Positions 1 to 13,175 of a stretch of 64,000 bases of DNA are shown here, one piece after another; position 1 is the stretch's first letter; each line of letters starts with the position of its first letter. A program made the position numbers and the translations under genes. The notes under the pieces are model-generated. The model saw only the letters and a list, made by a program, of their open reading frames with translations, did not search any database and had not been told where the DNA came from. Origin of the DNA: Octopus sinensis (Eukaryota); the NCBI RefSeq assembly GCF_006345805.1, contig NC_043018.1, positions 25,420,001 through 25,484,000 of the forward strand, written 5' to 3'.

Positions 1-750
1 GAGTGAAGAAACAAAGCCAAAACAAAACATGTTCAACTTCGACTAACTGCAATGGACATTGCTTTTTTGATTCCAAGCAGGTTTTTTTACTTTGCCAAAC
101 TTTTTGTGAGGAGTGATAAGTGAAGGTGGTGGACATTGATACCTCTCTTGACAGCCTCCAGCAGATCTCATCTGAACATGTAGAGTACTGCAAAAAGCTG
201 ATTTCGGCAAGCAAAATAGTAGATAGTTTGAACTGCTCTGCAAGACTAGATGACTCTATCATAAAATAAAATTTGTTACATGTCTGGCTTGCATGTTGCA
301 ACTGTTTTGGTCTACAAAAACTGGCAGTAACTGGAAAGATTCTCAGCCAGGTGAGTTGACGGAGGGTTGAAACAAGAGGAACATATGAAAACAAAACAGC
401 TTTGGGTTCATAACTCAAACTAAACACAGATTATAGCAAAGGTACTTGTCAAAGGTGAGGTTGGTATTTGCAGTTGGAGACAAATTTATGCTTTCCCTAG
501 GAAATCTATCCCTGACAATGTCTCCCTTGTGCAAAACCTCATAAAATGAGTCAGGAATACATCAGGCTTTGGTGGGTCCTTGATCAATTTAGATCAATCT
601 AAAGCTTACAACAAGATTAAACCGTTGCTACTTGGTGGCTTTCCTAAATGCAGTTGGTTTCACTTTCATCTTCTGAGCTTGGATCACTACAATGTGTAGC
701 ATCATCTGTTTGGTAGTTAAACTAAATGGTCGCTTATCTAAACCCCTTTT
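1..750 (+). mobile_element. Decayed L1/Tx1-clade LINE ORF2, reverse transcriptase region
   Basis: Frameshifted translation YAFPRKSIPDNVSLVQNLIK*VRNTSGFGGSLINLDQSKAYNKI...YLVAFLNAVGF...WITTMCSIICLVVKLNGRLSKP resembles Tx1 RT (GRSIxDN...LINLDQSKAFDRV...VNGHLSEPF). Confidence 0.75.
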
Positions 751-789
751 CTCTTTTTTTTTTTGTTTTGTTTGCATCATATGCTAGGT

Positions 790-1640
790 CAGTCAAGGGT
801 TGGTTCCCTATTTCCTTTCTCCTGAATGTTTTGGTGCTTGAGCCATTGCTGCAGAAATTTGAGATGTTTAGGAGCTTCTTGCTTGAACTGGGACACAGGT
901 GAGCTGTGTGTGTATATGCAGGTATCACCATTCTTTGTACCAGACTTGCTGGTATTTGAGTTGGTAGGCACCATACAGGAGGTGTACAGTGAGATCACAA
1001 GACCCACATTAATTGTGGGGAAAATTGTGGACTGGCAACTTGGCAGCTAGAGAAGCAAGATTTTGTAGGCTTGTGACACCTGTCACTGGTCCGATGATCT
1101 GGTTAAGGTGCTTGAAGTTTGGTTGCAGACCAGATCTTTTGAATGATAAAAGCTAAAATAGGTTGTAAACAAGGTAACCACTCTCACTCAGAAATGGGTT
1201 GATTTGAAGCTGTTGCATTTGAAAGTTTAAGCAGTAGTGGCTAATACTCTCATCACTTTGGTGTGCAACTGCTGGAGTGGCGTACTTTGTTCAAACAAAA
1301 TGCTACTACAGTGGAGTGTGTGCTCTTTCACTTCATGCGAAAGGGTCAAGAGGTCTGTCTGCAGCTAGCAACAAGTCCAGGAAGTTTCAGGATGCTGTGG
1401 TTAGTGATGTGTAGGCACATGCTGAAGCTCATCTCCTTGATTAGGCTGTGATCTTGGTTTAAACACACTGAGCTTGAGTTTTTGGCATCTAAAATGTTGC
1501 ATGGTGTTCCTTGCACTCTTTGCCAGCCAAGCATCAAGTACTGATTTCTCTAGAAGATTAATGGAGGATATGAGCAATGATGGTTTGGGATTGACTTGAA
1601 CTCTGTTACACGGGACACAGTTTGGGACAGATACCAAAGA
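790..1640 (-). mobile_element. Decayed Gypsy/Ty3-like gag fragment
   Basis: Broken minus-strand frames give LDAWLAK..KITA..FLDLLLAADRPLDPF..LQQL..QMQQL..GVTSLQNLASLA. The order resembles Gypsy gag (LWFAQ..RKIT..VRDLLL..LQQLL..RMQQL..SLEQLAQLAD). Recognised by eye. Confidence 0.45.
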
Positions 1641-1649
1641 CTTAAAACT

Positions 1650-1945
1650 GTTAGCAACTAAAGTTGTCTAAGATGTTTGGAAATGAAACCGTTTTGTACG
1701 CTATCAATCAGAGTACATGGATGGTAGGTTTGTAAACTTGTGTCAAATAACTTGCTGTCACATGCATGAAGGACAGATCTGGCTATTAGCTGAGTCTATG
1801 GCGAAGACTGACCTACTGCCATCCTATGGTAAGGACTGGCAGGTAATTTTCTTCTGCCTGGTGATTACATCAAAGAAAGATTTGTGGTGGATGAGCTTAA
1901 TAAGCTAGATTAAGGACACGGTTTTCTTCGGAGACATTGTCTAGC
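1650..1945 (+). mobile_element. Decayed L1/Tx1 ORF2 C-terminal (zinc-knuckle region) fragment
   Basis: RC..NETVLYAI..IWLLAESMAKTDLLPSYGKDWQVIFFCLVITSKKDLWW resembles the Tx1 C-terminus (CPRC..DETVLHAL..LSAESIVK..FLCLVA.AKE.VWW). Confidence 0.55.
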
Positions 1946-2164
1946 AGTGTTGTGTGTGGGAGCTACTAGATTGAAGTGTCACACTAAACCAGGTATTTTG
2001 TGTGGTATGCTCCAAATTAATCTGGGTGGATTTCCTCTCCGATCTTTTCCTAGTTGGCGTTACCGTTTTGTTTTCACTTTCATTTTACTCATTACACCCA
2101 CTCGCTTTTTTCTTTCTCTCTGTAATTTCGTCCTTGTATTGTTTCTACATCTTGGGATCCTTTG

Positions 2165-2715
2165 GTTCGAAGTCAGGACAGATAGAGGCCTTTCATCCTT
2201 GCAGGGCCGAAAAATAACAAGTACCGGTCAAATATTGGGGTCGATTTAATCGACTAACCCTCCTCTAAACGTCTTATCTCCTACTTTATGTAAGAAATTA
2301 AACTGGCGGAATCGTTAGCGCGTTGAACAGAATAGATCAATTTCGGTTGAGATCGTCTTTACTCGTCATGCCTCGGGGGTCGGTAAAATAAAGTTCCAGT
2401 TAAACTACTAACGTCGATTTTAATCAACTACACCCTGCTCTCAAAATTACTGGCCTTGTGCCTGAATTAGAAACAATTATCGAGGGTGGGCGGATAGGCA
2501 GAATTGCTACAGCGTCGGACAAAGTTGCCTTAAGTGAATTTCTTCCGGCTGTTTTACGTTCCGGGTTCAAATCTCACCGAAGTTAATTTTTACTTTTTCA
2601 TCCGCCCAGATTCGATAGAATAAAAGTACCTGTCCCAAGCCTCGGCTTGGTCGATTTCACAGACTGAGATTTCACACTCCACCCTCAAAAACTGCTGGTT
2701 TTTGTACCTAAATTT
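2165..2715. mobile_element. Cluster of old SINE fragments (family A-like)
   Basis: Contains ggggtcgatttaatcgactaa, gggttcaaatctcaccgaag and aaaattgctgg-type motifs shared with the intact SINE A copies in this window. Confidence 0.65.
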
Positions 2716-3229
2716 AAAACCAATCATTACATCTTGTCCTAACATGAATGATCTCTATTTAAATTTGTTGTCTTTTTTTTTTACTATATTATAATATATA
2801 TATATCGTTTTTTTTTCTATCACTTTCCATCCTTTATGTCTTCGTCCCTCTCTCTCTCTCTCTCTGTATAGCTATGTCTGTCTGTTTGTCTTTATTCAGC
2901 CATTTGTGTGTCTCTCCCTCTCCCTTCTTGTCCACCTCCTTTATCTCCCCATGTCTCTCCATCCATCCATCTATCTTCTCAGCCTGTCTGCTAATATATA
3001 CATCTATCATATTCATCTTTTTTTTCTACCTATGTCTATCTATGCTTGTCCGGTTATCTCACGTCTATATGTCTCTGCGCGCGTGTGTATCTGTCTGTCT
3101 GTCTGTCTCTTACCTTCATTTCCGCTTAAAGCATTACTAACGTTTTATTACATATATTTAAAAAAAAAAAATTCTCTCTCGATTTCATATCGCATTACCT
3201 ACCGCTTGCTATGATGATACTACTTAGCG

Positions 3230-3690
3230 GTGGTAATTGTCACTGTTCCACAATGATAGAACAATTGTACTTTTTTTCACTGGTTACACTAACAGCACAG
3301 TGCTAACTGTAATATCACTAGCTATAAGGATTAGTAACCCACTAATTGAAATATCATTGGCAGCACTGATTAGCACAGCGGTTAATCGTAACATCACTGG
3401 TTGCAATGATTAGCACAGTGGTTAATCGTAACATCACTGGTTGCAATGGTTAGCACAGCGGCTAATTGTAATATCACTGGCTATAATAATTAACACAGGA
3501 ATTACTTGTAATATCAGTGACTCTAATTTTAGCTGGGTAGTCATAATTGTGGTGTCACTGGCTACAATGATTGGTGGTGGCACGCTGATAATTGTAATAA
3601 TACCACCGGTTGCAGTGATAACTCGGTGTCTGGCTACAATGATAGCAAGGCTGGTGATAGTGGTCGCTGATACAGATAATAGTAGTTATA
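3230..3690. repeat. Degenerate 40-bp minisatellite
   Basis: Unit attagcacagcggttaatcgtaacatcactggttgcaatg starts at 3369, 3409 and 3449 (period 40), with decayed units on both sides. Confidence 0.85.
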
Positions 3691-4559
3691 TTTTTCTGTA
3701 TTAATCTTTCGCCTGGCCGAAGCATTTTCACAAGTATATTCTAAACACAAATACTTGTTTTCAGATTTTTTTTTAGTTACCCCTTTTTTCATACCTTCTG
3801 AGTAATACAAAAACCTTCCATTCATAAATCCCAGTTTATTCTTTGCTGACTGATAAAAAGAAAGAAAAGAAATGTATAGTATATGATGCATAGACGCCGG
3901 GGGAAATATGTCCCGTGTCTTACGAGTGATTCACAGGACCGGGTTAGGGAAATGATTACTGATCTCATGATATAACTGGTATTAATTTTATCAGTGTAGG
4001 TCTGTCTGATCGCGACATTTCTAGACAGCTCTCTGCTTGTTTTGGTTATGATTGGATACTGGACTCGCTGTTAACGATAATGATCTGCTGCAGACTTGTG
4101 TGAATGTGTGTCTTTTCTATATTAGGGCAACAGTGGAACACTTGGTAAGGCTGCTTTTGCAGTTGTCGTTTAATCCAAGGTCAGCCTCGATTTTGTAGGA
4201 GGCGTTCAAACCGTGACTGTTCTCTTCTTTCTATAAGGTATTGTGTTGGTAGGACTACAATACTGAACAGCACAAGTTGTGATTTAAGTGGGGTATTTTG
4301 CAGCCATAATTTAGTAGGTCGAGAGACCGCATAAAAGGCTTTCGCTCCAGCGTGTGCCTTGCCTGCAATAAGTTTAATTACGTCCCTTTGCGTTTTGTTT
4401 TCGAATCTAGACGTGGTTGACCTTGCTTCCTCCCATCCTAAGGCCCGGGTGGGGGGGGGGTGACAATAAAATACCAATCAAATAATGAGTTCTGTTCAAT
4501 CGAACGTGTGGGTCTTGTGTCGATAATAGTGATTATCAATTAACGGAAATTCTCATTAA

Positions 4560-4951
4560 TTTCGTTGCAATACGTCTCTTACGATTTTTTAAAAAATGTG
4601 ATTCCTTTGCCGCTTCCAAACGAACACATTCGCGTAACCCCCTCCTTTCTCTGTTTTGTTTATTTAATCTTAATTTTTCCCTTCATCATTAGTATCCCAA
4701 CACCTCGCATCAAACTAGGACGCGGTGGTTTTTATTTTTATGGGGTAGGGATTGGCTAGCCTCTTCATTGCTCTTAACAAGATCATCCCTCTTTCCTTTA
4801 ATACGAAATATATCCCTATCCATCTCTTCTATAATTTTTATATTATGACTCTTCCCTCTGTTCCTTCATTAATGCTAATTATGAACCCACCACTTGCTAT
4901 GGAATATTTTTCCATGTGCTGATAGATCTGGAAAAAAAAAAAAAAAAAAAA
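4560..4951 (+). mobile_element. Possible retroposed 3' end with poly(A) tail
   Basis: T/C-rich UTR-like stretch ending in A20 (4932-4951). No TSD identified. Confidence 0.25.
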
Positions 4952-6559
4952 GAATGAAATTTGGTTAGAACTAGCTACAAGCCAATTCAGTATACTAATA
5001 GTTACGCCTGGGCAGACTTGGTGATTATACTATGACAAATATATAGTTATTGATCTTCTTCATGTGTCGGCCCCTGAACTAATTTTTGATGTCCGACTTA
5101 CCTCCCGCTCCCTCTCTCTGTTTACCCAGCAGTAACACGCATATGTATGTATACAAATCACAAGTTCAACTCACAATATATATATATAGGTGCCTATACT
5201 TATACGGCATGTTTTGTACTCTGTGTATACTTATATATAGAATGTGTGTGTTGAAAAGACTTTACAAACTGTTTGTTTCGTTGAATGAATCATCAACTCA
5301 GAGTGACAACAATTGAAGTTTTTCAGCTTCAATAAAACACTAATTTACTCTACCTCTGGTATTCGAGTACTATTTTTTTTGCTGCCTATGTACTCACGTG
5401 TGTGCGTGCGCGGTCGCACCTCTGGCGTTAGATAATTAATGATAAAAATACGTACCCGCCATCTCATGTTACAACAAGTTTCATAACTATATAAATGATG
5501 TTATTTAAAAACAGTTTCCCCATTATTTCGTTGAATTGGAAGGAAGGGTCTCCACTCCGGCTTCATTTTGAATGAGAACATGTTGGAGCCATGTTAGACA
5601 GACACCTCATTGCAGTGCTTTTCAAACCGACAAACACCCACTCCTCCACAAATATTTGTGAACATGCTTGGTGCCCCACTTCCTATTAAGATCGAATAGA
5701 GTTTGCAGTCATATAATCTCAACATCTTAGTTTTTATTATTAAAGATGGTAGTTTGCCGCTTTTTCCCCCATTTATTTTCACATGCTTGTCTTTGGTGTC
5801 GAGTGCACTGGTAATTTTTGTAGCTGTGGGGAAGTAGGTTCGTCTCTCTCACTGGGCATTTTCGCTGTTGAATGGCACCGTGACTTTTTTTTAAGAATAT
5901 ATTATTTGGACACTGTTAGTGTATGTATTGGACCATACCGAAATAGTTCTTCCCATTTTTAAGCCCATTCATTGTAATTCAAGAGTGATTTTGCTTATAT
6001 TTCTAGTAGGCTTGGCGACTGTTCAGACTCTTTTCTGCAACACTGTTGTGTGTGTGTGTGTGTATAGTTAAAGGTGTAACCCCTATGCTATATACGTGCC
6101 AGGGGATTCTAGAACTTCAGTAAATGTTTGACAGGGATATGGAGATATATATAATAATGGGGAAATATATATTTCAATCTTGAACCAGTTTGTCTCCATA
6201 AAAGACTATCGCCTCTCCTTTACACACACACACACTGTTGATGAGACAACGAAGGTAGGTAGCTAGGTATAAGCAGCCAATCTTTTTCAAATCACACACA
6301 CATACATGTATAATCTTCAAAAGCGATGAAAAAAAACAAAACTATCTGAATCACAGCTGGAATATTTCTTTTGATCAGAGGTGTGTCTGTTCGATCTTTG
6401 GTCAGAGGTGTGTCTGTTCGATCAGGACTGATTGTCAAACACCTATCCCAATAACCGAGCACTGATGTCATTCATCATCGTATCTGCCTCGGTATTTGTT
6501 TCTCCAGAGATCCACCGCCATTCAGAAATAAATAAATAAATACATAACTAAAATATTCT

Positions 6560-6930
6560 CGTTTGAATGAAACAACGTACTGTTTTGTCTTCTCTCTCTC
6601 TTTCTGCTGCTGCTACTACTACTACTACACCATCTCGTGCCCATCAGGCCTTGCTCGCCACTTCCGACCTCATCTCGAATCCGCCCACCATTAATTACGC
6701 CGACTCTTCTGGAGTTTTTTTTTCTCGCCCGCCCTCTTCCTACATTCCTCAACGTCAAATCCCATGAAAGCGATTTCCCCACCACTCCGTCTCTCTCGTC
6801 GTAACCAACCTGTTAATTTTTATTCAGTGCCAATCATCATCAACCTCATCAGTTCACACTGATCAATAAGAACAGCTTCCCACGTGCTATGGGCGAGGTC
6901 CTTTCTTCCTCCGAATCGACGGTTTAAAAT
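6560..6930. promoter_or_regulatory. Candidate CpG-retaining promoter/5' region
   Basis: Apparently unique sequence with visibly high CpG density, an ETS-like CACTTCCG (6659), GC-box-like CCGCCC/CGCCCGCCC and an E-box CACGTG. Target gene and direction are unknown. Confidence 0.3.
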
Positions 6931-9433
6931 ATGGAGTGTACATCCATATACAGCAGCCTATTATTACATTATCTTAGATTTTACACTGAAACAAAAATTC
7001 ACACACACACACTATTCATTCATTCATTCGTCCATCCATATGGATTGATAATTATGTGTATATGCATATATGTATTGCAGTGTATAATTTTCCTGTCTCT
7101 CTAAAACTGAAAGTAAAGCACTCCTTTTAAAATAACTTTTATGTGCCGATACAAATGACATAACCGGTGTGAATATTAATATATGTATATAATATATATA
7201 GTGTGTGCGAGTATACATACTTGCATAAATACACGTGTGGACTGTAGTTTTGTAGACGGTCTTTTAGTGGTGCGATTATCTCATTTTTGCCTACCAATTC
7301 CACCCGTATCTTTCCGTTTCATATTCCATAAGGATCAAACTGCTCCATTGAAGGAGACGCCTCTGCCATGTTACGTACGAACCAGTGTCTGAGACTGTGA
7401 AATAATTAGACCATGAGTAGTTGGGCGCTACTTATATTCATATAGACATTTTTTCTTTTCATTTCTTTTCTTTTTTTTTTTTGTTAATATGGTCACAAGT
7501 CGAAACGGGGGCGAAAAAATACCGTAAGCAAATTGTATTGATACAGGCATACCTCAAATTACGTTGTTTCGAGTTACGTCTTTTTCGAAAACGTACCTGA
7601 AAAATATGTATATTTTTTTTGGCGGGGTGAATGGGGAAAAAAAAAGAGGGGGGGGGGGGCTATCGCTAAATGGTGTTAATATTTCCACTTTGTGACAGCA
7701 AACCGAGAGAATGCCATCTTTTATGATAACTTTTACTCTGTCTTTTTTTTCGCTTTTGTTAAGTCATTTTTGACTGCTCGAACGAGAGGAATGGAAACGG
7801 GTGTCTGTCGGTTGCAACACGTTCGCCTCCTCTCTCAAGTTTGTACTTAACGAAATATATCTTATATCATTTATAGGTCATTATGTAAACCCGTTAATTT
7901 ATTTACCGTACACACAAACACATCGATGTATGTGTGTCCGTCCATCCATGCATATTCCTTTGCGTCTGTGCTCCGTATAGAATGTTAGTCACATTGCTGC
8001 TGCTACTACTATTACTACTACTACTGTTGCTTCTCTTAGGGGGTGTTGTTTCTGTGACTTACGAGCAATCCCTGTGTTGCCTTTCCGTTCGATATTGAAA
8101 TGACTGTGCGTGCATATATATATATATTTATATATATATATAACCCACCTGCTTGAAATGATTGTGTATACGAAGCCTTTCTCTCTGTGTGTATGTGTAC
8201 ACATACACACACGCACGCACACAGAGCCAGTGGATGCTTCTACCAAGCTGTCACCGGTGTTTCATGTCGATGTCCACAATGCTCCAATTCTTTCAATCAG
8301 AACCGTATTCCACCCCCATCCACCACACGCACCTCTTGTCAGTCGGAATTGAATTAAAATTTTATTTTTAGACTGTAGTAGAATCTTCGCGACTGTTTGA
8401 TCTCATTATTTTGTTTTATTTTTGGCCGACGCTGAGAACACCACTAGATTTCGTTTTGTCTACTCTTGATGACGATAATCATCATCATCATCATCAATTA
8501 TTACCGTCATTATTTTCATTATCCTCATTGTCACCACCATTGTAATTATCACCCTCATTATCGTCATTCCATCAGTCCTTTGTTGAAATTACACCCGTAA
8601 TTTCCACACATTATATAGAATTTTTTTTTTCTCTTTTTGGCAAAAATGAAAAGAAAAGGTAATTTTTCTAGATTGTTAATTTTGACATATTTTCTAGATT
8701 AATTTGATAATGAGTGATGGTGGTTGATGATTGTTGTCGACTTTATCTTTCTTTCATCTTTCCAAGTTCGATAAAATAAAGTAACCCCTCATTTTATGCT
8801 TTGTGCCTGTGTTAGAAAATTATTTTAATTTTTAGGAGCTTCAGACCATTAGCTTAATAAATAAAGCTTGTATAGGAAGAGCAAGGTACTTGCTACACAC
8901 ACACACAAAGCATATTATGAAGATGGGCTTCAGTTAGTATACCTGTCCGAGACCTGTGAATGAATATCTTGCGATCCCATAAATAAATTCAGCCCCTTGA
9001 TTTTTAAGAGGAATTTTCCCGCCCAGGCTCCCAAAGCGCGCTTGTTCTTGCAAAAATTCTTTCGCAGACAGTATACGCGTGCACGCATGCGTGCACACAA
9101 TTCGCCAGGCACTTAGGGAGGGCTTCTTAATGATTTCTTCCATGGATAAACGAACCCATCTATCTGAAGAGACAGTCATCTCCACCTGATGAATGGTCAG
9201 CAAAGTCCACCCTTAGGCTATTCATGACTTAACTTCCATTTCTCTGTTTGCATGGACCACATGGAACTTGTTGAGGCAGATTTTCTGTGGCCGGTCGCAC
9301 TTCCCGTTTTAAAGCGATAGAGGATTTCCTTGTGGCCAGACAGAAACGAGCAGCGTTATTAGTATGACGGTGATGCTCATTTACAACAACGAAGCTAAGA
9401 CAAGGGTGCGCGCATGCACGCACTCACACTTAT

Positions 9434-9603
9434 ACACGATGGGCTTCTTTCAGCTTCCGTTTATTAAGGTCACTCACAAGGGTTTGGTCGGTCCTGGGTT
9501 AGACATTTGTAAGACATTGGCCGATGATGTGACTTAGTGGGGGACTGAACCCGAGAACACATGGTTGGGAAGCAAGCTTCTGAAACCACACAGCCACATT
9601 TGC
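9434..9603 (-). mobile_element. SINE family B 5' part (tRNA-like head)
   Basis: Reverse complement of tggctgtgtggt..agaagcttgcttcccaaccatgtg..gggttcagtccc, shared with many copies in the window. Confidence 0.75.
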
Positions 9604-9674
9604 GGAAAAAAAAAAAATTTAATACCTCGCGATATTTTCTCTACTGCTTGTCGGTATCCATTGATGGCAATCCC

Positions 9675-10057
9675 TTCTTACTTTAGGCACAAGGCCTGAA
9701 ATTTGGAGGCGGGGACTAGTCGGTTATACCGGTGCTTATTTTATCAACTCCGAAAGGATGACAGGCAAAGTCGACTTCGGCGGAATTTGAACTCAGAACG
9801 TAGCGGCAGACGAAATGCCTATTTCTTTACTACCAACCCACAAGGGGCTAAACACAGAGAGGACAAACAAGGACAGACAAACGGATTAAGTCGATTACAT
9901 CGACCCCAGTGCGTAACTGGTACTTATTTAATCGACCCCGAAAAGGATGAAAAGCAAAGTCGACCTCGGCGGAATTTGAACTCAGAACGTAGCGGCAGAC
10001 GAAATACCGCTAAGCATTTCGCCCGGCGTGCTAACGTTTCTGCCAGCTCGCCGCCTT
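9675..10057 (-). mobile_element. Full-length young SINE family A (9818-10057) abutting a partial related copy (9675-9817)
   Basis: tRNA-like head ggcggcgagctggcagaaacgttagc..gagttcaaattccgcc with A/B-box-like motifs; body and tail as in the 29616 and 30375 copies; CpGs intact. Confidence 0.9.
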
Positions 10058-10637
10058 AGTAGTAATAATAATAATAATAATAATAATCACGATCATTTCT
10101 AATGTTGCCACAAAGCTGTAGACGTTTGCTAGGCGTGTACAGCCTCTGTGTGTGTGTGTGTGTGTGTGTGTGTATACACATACACAATAGGTGGCGTATG
10201 GTGGTCATCACGGGTTGTGCTGAACTTAAACAGCTTTGTTATAAAGTATAAACACGGAATCTTTAGGGTGTTTCTAGACGCCAGCCTGACTTCCTAATTC
10301 ATGATTTCCGAATATGCATAATTAGATCGGAGAACAAATAATGACCAGATTATATCGTGATATTGTAGGAACAGATTTATTATAAAATCTTAACCAGTTT
10401 TAGTGGGTGTGTAGCGTTCACCTATCATACCCAGAATATACGGCCTTGAGAGAGCGTGAAAGTGTGTGTGTGTGTGTGTAATGTTATTGACAGTGACTGC
10501 GAAGTGTCGCTGCATGTATAGCTTATTCAAAACTGCTTGAATAAGTTAATAAGTTATACGCCTGGCAACTCTACACTTAGTTGATGGTTCGCGTTGTGCT
10601 TTCTCTTTGTTCATGTTTGGATTAACTAATATATATA

Positions 10638-10675
<38 letters not shown>

Positions 10676-12329
10676 AACAAACAAACAAACAAAAGGAATA
10701 AACGATCATCTTACACCTGTTTCCATTATAAGATGCAGTGGACTCAGTTGGGTACTTGAGTAAACCACAGACAGATAGATATATACAGACAGATAGATAG
10801 ATATATACAGATAGATAGATATAGAGATAGATATCTATCTGTCTCTTTATCATTCACTCTCCTTCTCTCCCCCTCTGTCGTTCTCTCTCAACACAATGTC
10901 TAAGCGAAATGCGCGCGCGTACACGCACACACACACACACACACACACAGACATATATATACACACTGACATATATACTCACACATCTCGAAAGTAAATA
11001 GATATTCTCATTTTTGAAAGATTTATTTCTAGGAAGAAAATGTCATTTGATGCATTTAAATACTTATTCTAATATTTAGTAGACATCCCTTGTGCATAAT
11101 AATACATTAACAAGTTTGAAGCAGCAGGTTGTGTCCACACAGGTAAAAACAATATAACGAAAGGTGTCTATTTACTTTTGAGGTGTGTGTGTTTGTGAGC
11201 GCATGGGGTTTGAACTTGTAATAGTAAAGGGACGTAACTGAACGTACCTCATGTACAATGTCACTATTGTGAAATCTGTCATTCGCTACTGACCTTATAT
11301 ATAATGATGGTTTTTAAGTACAAAAAACAACAGTTTGAAGGGGGGGTTGTGTTAGTCCGTTGCATAGACCCCCCCCATTACTTAAGTAGTTCTTTTTGTC
11401 GAACTGGGATGTGTGTGAGTGGATGAAAGCCGCAGTTGTTTTGGGTGGAATTTGAACTCGGAATACAAAAGCCCGGATCAAAAACCGCAAGGCATGTCCT
11501 CCGACGTGTTAATAATTCTGCCAACCCGTCAGCGTTTCGACCTCTCGGCCTCGTATAATACTATTAACATATTAACTTGCGTAATCTCCCACTTCTAGGT
11601 CATCGCCGATAGAAAAGACGTTCCATCCCCGCCTACTTCAACTTGTTTAGCATAACTAGGACATTGTCAAGTCTGGGCTTTTTCTAAAATCGCTAGAGCG
11701 TGTTTTTTAAACAAGTTTTTGTTGCTGTTTTTTAATCAAATTTGTCAACAACTCACAGCTTTAAAAAAGCTAAAAGAAAAGAAGAAAAAAAAAAGCCTCG
11801 CCCCCCTCACGCATTCTGTCGCCTCGTGATACAGTAATATATAGAGTAGGTTAAGAAGTAGTGTAGCCGATCCTTAAGTCCACCCGAAATCTGTTGTAGT
11901 TCTGACACACTTCTCCTTCCCCGGGGAACGCAAATCATTGATAAAATTATTAACGAGAGAGAAGTGCTTAAGTGTTCGTGAAAGAGCGAGCTGCTTAAAT
12001 GGCACACAACAAAATTTCTTTGTCTCTATCTCTCTCTCTGTCTGTCTCAGGTGTACACACACGTAATTCTAAATCTGAGATGTGTACGTTTATATATATA
12101 TATATATAGATGTCATTTGGGTTTTTTTTCCTTTCTTTTTGTTTGTTTCAGATTTGCATATACGTACATTTTGTGTAGTGATTAACGTTTGTGTATGTGT
12201 GTTAGGATTAATGCGTGCGAGGGTTTAAAATTCTATATTAAGATGCAGAGAAATTAGCCAACTGCTATTTTTGTCTGCAGTAAGCCATCCGCCCAGCCAG
12301 CCAACCAGCCAAGCCAGCGCCTATGTTTT

Positions 12330-12657
12330 CTTTTCTGTTTCTTTCTCTCTCTTTCCCTACAATTTTCTATAATCTCTACTCTCTATCAACCATTAAACTC
12401 TTATTATTTTCTATAACCTCTCTCTCCCTCCTTCTATTTAACTACGCCCCTCCCCTCTCTCTCTCCCCTTGCCTTTCTTTCTCTCCTTCTATCCACCATT
12501 AACTACAATCGCTCTCCCTCCCTTTCTCTCTGCCTTTCATTTTCTATAATCACTGCACTCCTCTCTGTCTCTCAACTTCCCCCCTCCGTTTCTTTCTCTC
12601 CCTTTCCTTCTCTCTCTGCCTCTCCCCACTGCTCAACCTCTTGGCCATCACTTCCGG
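12330..12657 (+). promoter_or_regulatory. Long polypyrimidine tract ending at an ETS motif (CACTTCCGG 12649-12657)
   Basis: About 300 bp of CT-rich sequence at the edge of the CpG-retaining domain. A regulatory role is inferred only. Confidence 0.2.
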
Positions 12658-13007
12658 ATTCTATTCAGATATTTTTCTTTTATGTCTTATAATGTCAGAC
12701 GTTCTCTCCACTTCTCCACCTTTTCTTCGATTCCACAACTCTTGTTGTTGTGCTTGTTCTTGATATTGTTAAGAAAAGAGTGTTTACCGCTATTAAAAAG
12801 GCAATGATTTTTTCTACATAGATTCTTTTAATCGAGTCGGTTTTTCTCTTTATTAAGCCGAGGTTCTGATGTGAACACAAATTTGTGTGTGTATATGTGT
12901 AGGTACATATACATATGAACAAATATATACCTGTATATATTTGTTTTTGTGCGTGCATGTGTGTGTGTGTATGTATGTATGTATATATATATATATATAT
13001 ATATAGA

Positions 13008-13019
<12 letters not shown>

Positions 13020-13038
<19 letters not shown>

Positions 13039-13039
13039 T

Positions 13040-13071
<32 letters not shown>

Positions 13072-13175
13072 TATCTGTGACTATGTGTGTGTGTGTGTGT
13101 GTGTGAGTGAGAGATATCTGTGACTATGTGTGTGTGTGTGTGTGTGTGAGAGAAAGATATCTGTGACTATGTATA
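13020..13175. repeat. Compound (GT)n-gagagatatctgtgactat tandem repeat
   Basis: The motif atatctgtgactat occurs three times between (GT)n runs. Confidence 0.85.

Noticed and set aside
3230-3690. Mucin-like or transmembrane coding repeat (ORF 3441-3704)
   Set aside because: The period is 40 bp, not a multiple of 3, so the frame is not maintained between units.
9960-10057. tRNA genes at SINE heads (also near 15060, 29616 and 39373)
   Set aside because: The A/B-box-like heads run straight into SINE bodies and recur many times; no complete cloverleaf is supported.
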